Assembly: GCA_964631145.1 (NCBI GenBank)
Contig: CAZVXT010000001.1
Location: forward strand, 52,969-116,968
DNA: 64,000 nucleotides
Reading direction: 5' to 3'
Origin: an uncultured Candidatus Saccharibacteria bacterium
GTDB lineage: Bacteria > Patescibacteriota > Doudnabacteria > UBA920
The translations under genes and the position numbers were made by a program. The notes below the pieces were generated by a model. It made no database searches. It had not been told where the DNA came from and saw nothing but the letters and a program-made list of their open reading frames with translations. The stretch's first letter is position 1. The number at the start of each line of letters is the position of its first letter. Positions 49,838 to 58,767 of this stretch are shown here, piece after piece.

Positions 49838-50791
49838 ATGAATAATGTTATTGAAATTAGTAATTTACGCAAAAAATACAAATTACCAAAACAAGACCAG
49901 CAAAAAAATAAAACCCACTTCGAAGCTGTTAAGGGAATTAATTTTGAAGTAAGACAAGGAGAAGTGTTTGGAATACTTGGTCCTAATGGAGCTGGTAAAA
50001 CAACTACATTAGAAATTATTGAAGGACTTAAGCAGCAATCTGAAGGGAAAGTTTTGGTATTAGGCTTTGATAATATAGATAACGCTGATGATTTAAGGAA
50101 AAATATCGGAGTACAGCTACAGTCCAGTGAGTACATTAACTTAATGACTTTATCGGAGCTTCTAGTATTGTTTGCATCTTTATATAATACGACTGCAAAT
50201 GTGGATCAATTGTTGGGCTTTGTAAATTTACAAGATAAGAAAAATTCTTTAGTAAAAGATTTATCTGGTGGACAAAAGCAAAGATTTACTTTAGCTTCTA
50301 GTTTGGTCAATAATCCAAAAATTTTGTTTTTAGATGAACCTACAACGGGATTGGATCCACGCGCGCGCCATGATATTTGGGCTTTGATTAAGAAAATAAA
50401 TAATCAAGGGGTGACAATAGTTTTGACAACTCATTATATGGAAGAAGCTGAGTATTTGTGTAACCGTGTAGCAATTATGGACGCTGGAAAGATTCTCGCG
50501 ATCAATCATCCAAAAAAGTTAATTGAAGATTTGTCTCATACAACTCAAGTAAGTTTTTTGACAGAAGGTTCTATTAAAGAATCATTATTTGAGAATATTG
50601 CAGAGGTTCAAAAAATATATTCAGAACCTCCAAAAATTATTTTAGAAATATCTAGTCTTAATTGTTTGAGTAATATTGTAGAGACTCTGCAAAATAATCA
50701 AGTTTCGTTTAGCAGTTTTACTGTTAAAACCGCAAGCTTGGAAGATGTATATTTGGATTTAACGGGTAAGTCATTTGAACAAATAAATTAA
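49838..50791 (+). CDS. ABC transporter ATP-binding protein (ABC-2 exporter type)
   Basis: Walker A GPNGAGKTTT, signature LSGGQKQR, Walker B ILFLDEPTTGLD. Confidence 0.9.
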   Translation: MNNVIEISNLRKKYKLPKQDQQKNKTHFEAVKGINFEVRQGEVFGILGPNGAGKTTTLEIIEGLKQQSEGKVLVLGFDNIDNADDLRKNIGVQLQSSEYINLMTLSELLVLFASLYNTTANVDQLLGFVNLQDKKNSLVKDLSGGQKQRFTLASSLVNNPKILFLDEPTTGLDPRARHDIWALIKKINNQGVTIVLTTHYMEEAEYLCNRVAIMDAGKILAINHPKKLIEDLSHTTQVSFLTEGSIKESLFENIAEVQKIYSEPPKIILEISSLNCLSNIVETLQNNQVSFSSFTVKTASLEDVYLDLTGKSFEQIN

Positions 50792-50795
50792 CTTT

Positions 50796-51542
50796 ATGAA
50801 CTCTAGTTTTTATCAATTATTTTTAATGAATTGGCGTTTGCTGTATCGCAATAGAACCGGGTTGTTTTTTACTTTGGCTATGCCTTTAATTATTTTTACT
50901 GCACTTTCTATTTTGGCAATTAGTAGGTTTATTCAAGGCGGCATCAATTATTCTCAATATATTTTACCTGGAATTATTGCGATGACAATAATGCAAGGTG
51001 GTATTTATAGCCTTGCATATTGGATGATAGATTTAAAATCTCGCAATGTTATTAAACGCTTTTTAGTTACTCCACTAAAGACAAAAGATTTAATTAGTAG
51101 CGTACTTCTTAGTAGAATTTTAGTTGCTGTATTGCAAGCAATATTTTTAACAGCAGTGGGTGCTTTGTTTTTTGGAATCGACTTAAAGTTAAACATGGTA
51201 TTTGCTTTTATATTTATTATTTTGGGAGCATCAATATTTTTGCTCGCTGGATTATTAATTTCTACTATCGCTGATACTTACGAAGCCGCTGCGCCAATTA
51301 CTTCGGTAGTCGGATTGCCTTTAACTTTTTTGGGAAATATTTTTTATCCAATTGATGGATTACCTATTGCTCTTAAAAAATTTGCAGAAGTCTTGCCAAT
51401 TACATATATGGCGGATGGTATAAGACAATCGTTTTTCGGTAATCCTACATGGAGCAGTGTGGGCTTTAATATTTTAATTTTAATGGCTTGGTTGGTATTT
51501 ATGATTTTGATTACTTTCAGAGTGTTCAAATTAAAGGAGTAG
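50796..51542 (+). CDS. ABC-2 family transporter permease
   Basis: 248 aa, 6 predicted TM helices, adjacent to the ATPase. Confidence 0.8.
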   Translation: MNSSFYQLFLMNWRLLYRNRTGLFFTLAMPLIIFTALSILAISRFIQGGINYSQYILPGIIAMTIMQGGIYSLAYWMIDLKSRNVIKRFLVTPLKTKDLISSVLLSRILVAVLQAIFLTAVGALFFGIDLKLNMVFAFIFIILGASIFLLAGLLISTIADTYEAAAPITSVVGLPLTFLGNIFYPIDGLPIALKKFAEVLPITYMADGIRQSFFGNPTWSSVGFNILILMAWLVFMILITFRVFKLKE

Positions 51543-51770
51543 CTAGTTATTAATTAAGCAGTAATATATTTTTTTACTAACCTAGTCTCTATAAAATAAA
51601 TTCATAAATAGAGCCGCGAAGTTGTTCGAAATGTTATAGTGCTGCTTTTTATATAATTTAAAATAGCTGACATTTGAATTAGTTAGTTTTTTATTAGGAT
51701 CAATATATTTGACAAAAACTTAATTTTTAGGTATAATTGGATTATTAATTTAGTTTAGGAGGATTTTAAA

Positions 51771-52178
51771 ATGTTAACATATTCTAGGATTGCAACTATG
51801 TCGCTAATAGTCGTTTCGTGGCTATTATTTATTTTCGGATTTACTTCCACAGATAATTTTGTCCTCCTAGGAGGATTGATTACAATAATTGCTGTGGCTT
51901 TGTGTTTATTTGCTACGCAAGTTGAAAGTAGTAGTATGGGGGTATCTATTATAGAGTTTTATATTGTTGCCTTACATTATGGGGCGACAATAGCAATTGC
52001 TTTTTACCAAAGACTTCCTTTTGGGGTCACTTACACTCTTATAAGTATATTTGCGCTAATTTCATTTTCTGCACTGGCAATGTTTGGCGGTGCTGTATTC
52101 AATAATGCCTCTGCTGTCCGAATTAACTTTTGGACACCTAATTATGGAGACATATGGAAAAGGAAACCTGGCAAATAA
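51771..52178 (+). CDS. Hypothetical 4-TM membrane protein (perfect SD)
   Basis: 135 aa; TTAGGAGGATTTTAAAATG. Confidence 0.45.
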   Translation: MLTYSRIATMSLIVVSWLLFIFGFTSTDNFVLLGGLITIIAVALCLFATQVESSSMGVSIIEFYIVALHYGATIAIAFYQRLPFGVTYTLISIFALISFSALAMFGGAVFNNASAVRINFWTPNYGDIWKRKPGK

Positions 52179-52281
52179 TCAATTATTTGTTAATTAATAT
52201 TTTTGGTTTCGCGTTAGTTTTTATTATGCGAACAATATTTAAAATTTTAAGAATTTTATAAAAATAAAAGCGTAAGAGTTC

Positions 52282-52677
52282 TTACGCTTTTTTCTTTTTT
52301 GCTTTTGTTATATTTGGTTTTTGACCATAGTGCAGCTTTATGTTTTTAGAAGGTTCTGATTTATCTAACTTCAAAAAATTTTCAACCACTTTATTATTAG
52401 GCAAAACTATTACTGGGATATTTAATCCAAGTGCAAGGCTTTGTCCCAAAGCTGTTCCAACTCTAATCCCTGTAAAAGACCCTGGTCCGCTGGCGGTAAT
52501 AATTTTTGATATTTGATTAAACTTAAGTTTGTTGGATTTTAAAAACCTTTCTAGTAACTCTAAAGTTTTGTAGTTCTCATTAAAGGCTATCTCAAAAGTT
52601 TGTTTAATGATTTTTTCTTTGGATACGATTTTAAATTCTGCCTGTCCAAAATTAGTTGTATTGATAACTAAAATCAT
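52282..52677 (-). CDS. tsaB: tRNA t6A biosynthesis protein TsaB (N-terminal-domain-only short form)
   Basis: ITASGPGSFTGIRVGTALGQSLALGLNIPVIVL is the TsaB/YeaZ signature; only 131 aa. Confidence 0.75.
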   Translation of the reverse strand: MILVINTTNFGQAEFKIVSKEKIIKQTFEIAFNENYKTLELLERFLKSNKLKFNQISKIITASGPGSFTGIRVGTALGQSLALGLNIPVIVLPNNKVVENFLKLDKSEPSKNIKLHYGQKPNITKAKKKKA

Positions 52678-53975
52678 GATTCTAAAATTTGCTTAATAAT
52701 CTCTCTATCGTCCCACAAAATTCTTTTGTTGCCAGGTAGAACTAGAAACTGTTCACTGCCTTTTCCTGTGACAAGAAGAATATCTTTAGGCTGTAAAATT
52801 TTGATAGCAAATTGTAATGCTTCTAATCTGCTCAGTATTACTTCGTGTTGGATTTTAGGATTTTCAGATCTTATTCCTTTTACTATTTCTGCTGCGATTT
52901 CTTGGGGATTGCTTTCGTATACATCATCGTTGGTCACGATTATATAGTCAGCAAATTGTGCAGAGATTTGTCCAAACTCAAATCTTTTGCTTTTATCACG
53001 ATGTCCGCCAGTCGCACCAAAAACATGAATCAATCTGTTATGTGGCAATTTATGAACTGTTTGAATACTGTTATAAAGCGGCTTGGGCTCTGGTGCGTAA
53101 TCAACAATAATATTTGCGTCTAAATTATTTTTTATAAATTCCATTCTTCCGGCAGCTCCATTATAAGATGCAAGTGCTGTTGCGGATTGTTGTAATGTGA
53201 TGCCATAAAATTTTGCGGCCGTGGTTGCTAATAAAGCATTATAGATATTGAACCTGCCGATGATATTTAAGTTAAACTTAACATCATTAACCATGTAAGA
53301 AGCTGCCCCTTTATCGTTAATCTCAGCGGCTGTAATTAAGTTTGTAATATGTGTCTCTATTTTTTGTTTTAAAGTGACTCCAAACAAATTACTTACTGGT
53401 TGGTTGGCAAAAACTTCATAATGTTTGTCATCAACATTAACTACAATAAATCCATCTTCTGGAATCAATTTAAATAATTTTAATTTAGCATTTCTATAAT
53501 TATCAAAATTACCATGGCTATCCAAATGAGCAGGTGATAGGTTGGTAAAAATTGCCCCAGAAAAATTAATTTTTAAGTGACGATTTTGAGCCATGCCTTC
53601 GGAGGTGCATTCGATAATTGCAAACTGGCAACCATTGCTAACAAGTTGTGCTAAATTTTTTTGAAGTAGCCAACCGCCTGGCATAGATAATCCATGTTTG
53701 TTTAAAATGCTTGTATCTCCATCGCTAAAACCAACTGTTGTAATGTAACCAGTTTTTTTATTATTTTGATTTAAGATATGAGCCAGCATCATGACAGTAG
53801 AAGATTTTCCTGCTGTGCCAGTAACACCAATACAGATTAGCTTTTGACTAGGGTGATCGAAATATAAATCTGCTAAAGTTGCGATCATTCCATGCCAATA
53901 AGGTTGAGCAAGTTTAAAGATGCTTCTGGGAATAAAAATTTTTATAACTTTTTTTATTTGGCTTAACATAAACAA
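52674..53975 (-). CDS. MurE-like Mur ligase lacking the N-terminal UDP-binding domain
   Basis: [30 protein letters not shown] parallels E. coli MurE [42 protein letters not shown] and [16 protein letters not shown] are Mur-ligase motifs; C-terminal [10 protein letters not shown]...WDDRE; overlaps tsaB by 4 nt. Confidence 0.7.
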   Translation of the reverse strand: [433 protein letters not shown]

Positions 53976-54055
53976 ATTATACCTGATATTAATATATTTG
54001 ACAAAAATTGATTTTTATGATAAAATAACAAAAAAAATATGGAGGAATTTTGATA

Positions 54056-54912
54056 TGAATCAAATTCAAAAAATGCAGCAAATTTCCAGTGAAATTCGAC
54101 TTTGGTTAATCAGTTTCGCGATCAGTGTTGTGTTATTGATTTGTGGTGGCGCGCATATTACTTATTTGTCATTTTATAGGGTAGATTGGGGGTTCTGGGG
54201 TAGTCTTTTATTATATTTTTCTATAATAATAGTGCAAGTGGCTGGGGTTGTCTCAATTGCGACTTGTCGCAAGGTTCCTGTATTACATCAGACCTTTAAT
54301 ATTGAGGCAACAAAATATTTTCGGCAAAACCCAAAATTCGTTACTCTTAGAAAAAGTAAAACTGCCCCCGTTTACTTTACGGTTAGAAATATATTTTTCA
54401 TGATTTTTATGGATGACTTTATTCAAAAAGTTGATGAAAATATTAATGAGCAGTATATAGAAATGTTAAATAATATTTCTATAAGTAAAATTGATGAACG
54501 TCATTATGAAAAAGATGAGATCCTACAAAACTTTTTAGAGTCAAACGAAGTTGCCATTGATTATAAAATTTCTAAAAGAATTTTAAAAGCCATTGGAAAT
54601 TACGCAATGGCGATAAATCAAAAGCAGTTGTTGATTGATGAAGTAGAAGCCAGATTTTTTGCCAAGGATCAATCCAAGGTAGTTGAGCAAAAAGTAGAAC
54701 CTCCAAAAGTTCTATCTAAGTTTGAAAGACGGCTACAAGAATTTGAAAAAGAAGTTGGAAGTAATAAACTTTCTACTATGGCTCAAGACCTAATTAACCA
54801 GGCTATTCTTAAAGAAGATCCAAACCTCGTTAGTGGTGCTTTGACAATTTACCGCCAAGACTTAAAAAAGAAAAAAGACTTGGAACAAAAAGCCAAAAAG
54901 GTGAAGGTGTAA
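54056..54912 (+). CDS. Hypothetical membrane-anchored coiled-coil protein
   Basis: Start set at MNQIQKMQQ (ATGGAGGAATTTTGATATG) because the longer ORF overlaps the murE-like start; 2 TM helices plus a charged C-terminal half. Confidence 0.45.
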
Positions 54913-54980
54913 ATTATTTAAAGGATGTTAAAACCATCCTTTTTTATTTTGCATAAAAATAAAACCAAGCAAGCTTGGTT

Positions 54981-55946
54981 TTAAAAAAAGTTTCTAATTA
55001 ATTTAAGAGCTTTATAAATTTGATAAGAAAAATTCTTGATAACAATATCTTGTGCTGGCGGGTATTTGATAGCAAATCCTGGAAACTTTTTTTTGAAATC
55101 ACTAAATCCTGCATTTTTTCCGCTAGAGGTTTGTAATCCCCACCAATCGTATTTTTGTTTGCCTATATTTTGCGCATCTTGGATTATTTTCCAGTGCATC
55201 AAATATGGCGCCATATATTTGCGGTACTCGTAGTTACTGCCGCCAAATAAATAAGTTCGTGTATTTAAAAAGTCTATAGTGATTGCCGAAGTAATAATTT
55301 TGTTGTGATAAGTAGCGGCATAGAGATGATTGCTAACTTGGGAGCTTTTTAAATTATTTATTAAAGTTTTGTAGTATTCAAAATTATGATCTTTGTATTG
55401 CTGCCGTTCGGCTGTGTTATTAATTAGCTTTAGTCCTTCGTTAATTTCCTCTTCTTTATCAAGTATTTTTATTTCAACATTATGCCTTTGTGCCAGATTT
55501 ATATTGTATCTAGTTTTGTGATGCATACTAGATAATATGTCTGGTGCATTATCTGTTAAATCTGTAATCCAAGTAATGCCTGGTTGAATTCTAGAGCCAA
55601 TTTTGCCACGGCAGTTAAATTCTTGTTGAGGTTCTATTTTTATATAAATAAAGTCTTTGTTTAAAGATTTAAGATTATTTAATAAAAAAGCTATACCTAT
55701 TTTGCTTCCTAATGGACCATATGGGCAGTATAAAAACTTTTTGTTTATAAATGGAATTGTTTGAATGAAAAACTGTGCAGAAGCAATAATTTGATTATTA
55801 TCTTCAACTAAATATTTTAACGAAACTTTATTTTGTTGTGCTTGAAAATCTCCCCACTCTATACTTTGCAAAAAAGAGGAGTGTTGCTTTTCGATAAATT
55901 GATTATATAAATCTTTGTTGAGATCGCTAACTTCTATAACTTGCAT
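54981..55946 (-). CDS. FemAB-family (FemX/MurM-like) aminoacyl-tRNA-dependent peptidoglycan branch transferase
   Basis: 321 aa with the FemAB-family layout and conserved C-terminal region (KYMAPYLMHWKIIQDAQNIG). Confidence 0.65.
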   Translation of the reverse strand: MQVIEVSDLNKDLYNQFIEKQHSSFLQSIEWGDFQAQQNKVSLKYLVEDNNQIIASAQFFIQTIPFINKKFLYCPYGPLGSKIGIAFLLNNLKSLNKDFIYIKIEPQQEFNCRGKIGSRIQPGITWITDLTDNAPDILSSMHHKTRYNINLAQRHNVEIKILDKEEEINEGLKLINNTAERQQYKDHNFEYYKTLINNLKSSQVSNHLYAATYHNKIITSAITIDFLNTRTYLFGGSNYEYRKYMAPYLMHWKIIQDAQNIGKQKYDWWGLQTSSGKNAGFSDFKKKFPGFAIKYPPAQDIVIKNFSYQIYKALKLIRNFF

Positions 55947-56507
55947 TTATATTTTCCCAATTAGTTTTAACGCTTCTTTAATTTGCTCTCCGGTATCAAC
56001 AGTTGTATCGATTTTACCAATAACTTCTCGTACTTCTCGAGGATTGTAGCCAAGAGAAATTAATGCATCAAATAAGTCACTGCTTGGTCCAGAAGTAGAT
56101 TGAAGAATATTGCCAGACATTTTATTTTTAAGTTCTAAAATAATTCTTTCGGCAGTTTTTTTACCTACCCCGGACATGCGAGTAAATATATCGCTATCGC
56201 CAGAAAGAATAGCTTGTTCTAACATATCTAATTTACCAGCAGAGATAATGGTAAGAGCCATCTTTGGTCCAACCCCTGTGACAGTTAGGAGCAATTCAAA
56301 AAATTGTAAGCTAGTAAAATCGCTCATACCAAATAAAGTTTGACCGTCATCGCTGGATTTATGGTAAATATATAAAGAAATATTTGAACCAGCTGTTTGA
56401 TCTAAAATCTCTGGAGTTGTAAAAATTTTATAACCAACTCCGTTATTTACCAATATGATAAATTGAGCAGTTTTTTGTAAGATTTTTCCTTCAAGATAAC
56501 TAATCAT
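55947..56507 (-). CDS. ruvA: Holliday junction DNA helicase subunit RuvA
   Basis: MISYLEGKI...; HhH motifs (GVGPKMALTIIS, GVGKKTAERIILEL); 186 aa. Confidence 0.9.
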   Translation of the reverse strand: MISYLEGKILQKTAQFIILVNNGVGYKIFTTPEILDQTAGSNISLYIYHKSSDDGQTLFGMSDFTSLQFFELLLTVTGVGPKMALTIISAGKLDMLEQAILSGDSDIFTRMSGVGKKTAERIILELKNKMSGNILQSTSGPSSDLFDALISLGYNPREVREVIGKIDTTVDTGEQIKEALKLIGKI

Positions 56508-56587
56508 ATAATTGATTATAGCATTGCCCTGGCTTGCACAAAAGACAATTGCGGTTATAATAAATAGAAATATAAGGAGGGGTTAAA

Positions 56588-57376
56588 ATGTCTAGTATTG
56601 TTACTTTCAATAGCGGTGTGTCAGAATTTTATTATTTAATACCAGATAGATTTCAAAATAAAAAAATCCATGGAATTAAAATATGTGTAACAGAAAAAGC
56701 AAATGAGCATATATGTAAATTTTTTACGTCCAACTCACCCTTAATAGCTAGAGCTCTAAAAGAACGCAAAACAATTAATTTTGTTGAGCCAACATTCAAA
56801 GGTGCTTGGGGTTTAGATTCTTGTTGTATTTCAAAGAAAAAAAATAATATAGTCGAGCACACTTTTTCTTTTGATGCTAAATGGTCTTTGATTAGAGAAA
56901 TGCTAAATATAATGTTTTTACTCTTAAGCATAATAGAAGATGATTATTTGGTAAATTCGCAATACAAACAACTAATGATAATTGAATCCTTAGGCGTAAC
57001 AAGTGGATTAAGCCACTCTTATATATCAGGTTCTGTATCATCAATATTTAAAAACTCTTCAGATTTTTTATTTGAACGTGGTAATAAAAACCATCAAGAG
57101 GTTTTAAAAAATATGCAGTATGTATATTCAGAATATTCTTCAGAGCGTAATAAAAGTAGTTTTAGGTTTAGTGTGGACAATGGTGGTCAATTTGGATTAT
57201 CAGTTCCTGGAGATTGTTGCTGTTTAAGTATTCCTTATGACGAACTGGGAGAATTAAAAGATGTTAGTCGATTTGCCTCTCATAACGTTGATGGTATCAC
57301 TCAGCAATTCTCGTTACTAATTGGTTTGGCGACCATGTGGGAAATCGTAAGAAATAACTATCTACTTAAGGTCTAG
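56588..57376 (+). CDS. Hypothetical Cys-containing protein (accessory-class; perfect SD, own terminator)
   Basis: 262 aa; AAGGAGGGGTTAAAATG; contains a CCC triplet and a hydrophobic central segment. Confidence 0.45.
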   Translation: MSSIVTFNSGVSEFYYLIPDRFQNKKIHGIKICVTEKANEHICKFFTSNSPLIARALKERKTINFVEPTFKGAWGLDSCCISKKKNNIVEHTFSFDAKWSLIREMLNIMFLLLSIIEDDYLVNSQYKQLMIIESLGVTSGLSHSYISGSVSSIFKNSSDFLFERGNKNHQEVLKNMQYVYSEYSSERNKSSFRFSVDNGGQFGLSVPGDCCCLSIPYDELGELKDVSRFASHNVDGITQQFSLLIGLATMWEIVRNNYLLKV

Positions 57377-57437
57377 TATTAGACCTTTTTTATTTTCTTA
57401 TACTTTGCTATGTTAAAGAAAAATTAGGAGGATAATT

Positions 57438-58301
57438 ATGGCTCAATATACTAGTATTGGAAACCTTTTTACTATATATAAAGAATCCGTGCCGCAATGG
57501 TATAAAATTAGTTTTGATTTTGTATCAAAATCTTTTGAGTTTATTGTTCAAAAGCAAATCGCAGAATGGTGCGAGGAAAATTTTATAAATAAAAACTTTG
57601 GACATGTTCAAGGCTACTGCAAAGATTTTGGCTTTGAATTTACTAAGCCGTTTAAAAATCAAAATTGGGGATTTAATAAAAATATTTCTGCAAAAAAAAT
57701 AATAAATCAAAATTGGGTTAAATATAAAATTAAGATCCCTACAAAAAATTATTATCAAGGAATTCCTGTTTTTACCCAAAAAAGTAATAAGCAAATACTA
57801 GCAACCTGTGCTTCCATATCGGAATTTGCTTTAATGCTTGGTTGTGTTCCGTTTGATTTGCCTATAGATTATGGACAAAAACAAGTATTACATTTTTATT
57901 CAAGCCTAAACAGCGATGTTGGTGCTTTAAATAGATTTCCGGTTTCTGCTTATGTATCAAGTTCTGTTTGTGAGTGGGCGCTTTTAGCTGGACAAGATAA
58001 TTTAAATATCCTGGCTTATAATATTGATAAAGTAGAAAATATTATCTGTGGTTACCAAAACTATTCGGAGCGTCCCCGAGCATGGATAAATTTAATCAGT
58101 GACTTTTATATAGGAATTAACATTGGTGTGCATTTGGGAATGAGTCCTAACATGCATAATGCTAAAGCTTCTAACTATGATATTGGCTATACATTAGTTT
58201 CTGATAATGCGGATAATTGCACAAATCAGTTGATATTAATGTGTAGCTTGGCTTTATTGCACAATGAAGTAGAAGTTTGTTCAACAGAAGTTTGGGGGTA
58301 A
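57438..58301 (+). CDS. Hypothetical Cys-containing protein (accessory-class; possible distant paralog of the preceding gene)
   Basis: 287 aa; TTAGGAGGATAATTATG; terminator hairpin TGCTAATTTTACATGAATTAGCA at 58311-58344. Confidence 0.45.
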   Translation: MAQYTSIGNLFTIYKESVPQWYKISFDFVSKSFEFIVQKQIAEWCEENFINKNFGHVQGYCKDFGFEFTKPFKNQNWGFNKNISAKKIINQNWVKYKIKIPTKNYYQGIPVFTQKSNKQILATCASISEFALMLGCVPFDLPIDYGQKQVLHFYSSLNSDVGALNRFPVSAYVSSSVCEWALLAGQDNLNILAYNIDKVENIICGYQNYSERPRAWINLISDFYIGINIGVHLGMSPNMHNAKASNYDIGYTLVSDNADNCTNQLILMCSLALLHNEVEVCSTEVWG

Positions 58302-58372
58302 TTTAATATGTTCTGCTAATTTTACATGAATTAGCAGTTTTTTTATTTTTTTCAAAATTTTGGCAAAATCAC

Positions 58373-58400
58373 TTGACAAAAAATACTTGACGTTTATAAT
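58373..58400 (+). promoter_or_regulatory. Near-consensus sigma70 promoter (TTGACA-16-TATAAT) driving a ~360-nt rpoB leader
   Basis: Exact hexamers; the only strong promoter in the 466-nt gap upstream of rpoB. Confidence 0.6.
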
Positions 58401-58767
58401 AAAAAAGTGAATAAATCATAAGAAATCCAGGCAAATCATAAAGCCCTATTTTGCGTCCGCGAAATTGGGAATCTTTTTTTTGAAAAAGCCAAAAAAGCTT
58501 TAAAAATCTGGATTTTAAACACAAAATCACATTACTAATAGAACTTTTGCGTTTGTGGCTAGTTTTGAGAAAAATTGCTCTTGTTAGCAGAATAGCCCAT
58601 AACTACCTCACGAGCATAAAGGCTCTATTACTCCTGAAAAAACACGACTGTTGGTAGCTTAACTGATCAAAAACAAAAATCTCCTCCCAAAGACCTGTTT
58701 TGGGCTTTAAATCATTAAAACTTTTGCTTTATTTAAGGGCAAAAGTAAGGAAAGCTACGTTTAAAGT

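Noticed and set aside
53920-54055. The 5' extension of ORF 53920-54912 overlapping the start of the murE-like gene
   Set aside because: An internal ATG at 54056 is preceded by ATGGAGGAATTTTGAT (SD) and starts the TM-containing protein; the extension overlaps the divergent gene's start region.
33768-56507. Dispersal of ruvC (21081), ruvB (33768) and ruvA (55947) instead of a ruvCAB or ruvAB operon
   Set aside because: It is unusual but not unknown in reduced genomes, and there is no functional implication beyond genome rearrangement; not developed as a finding.
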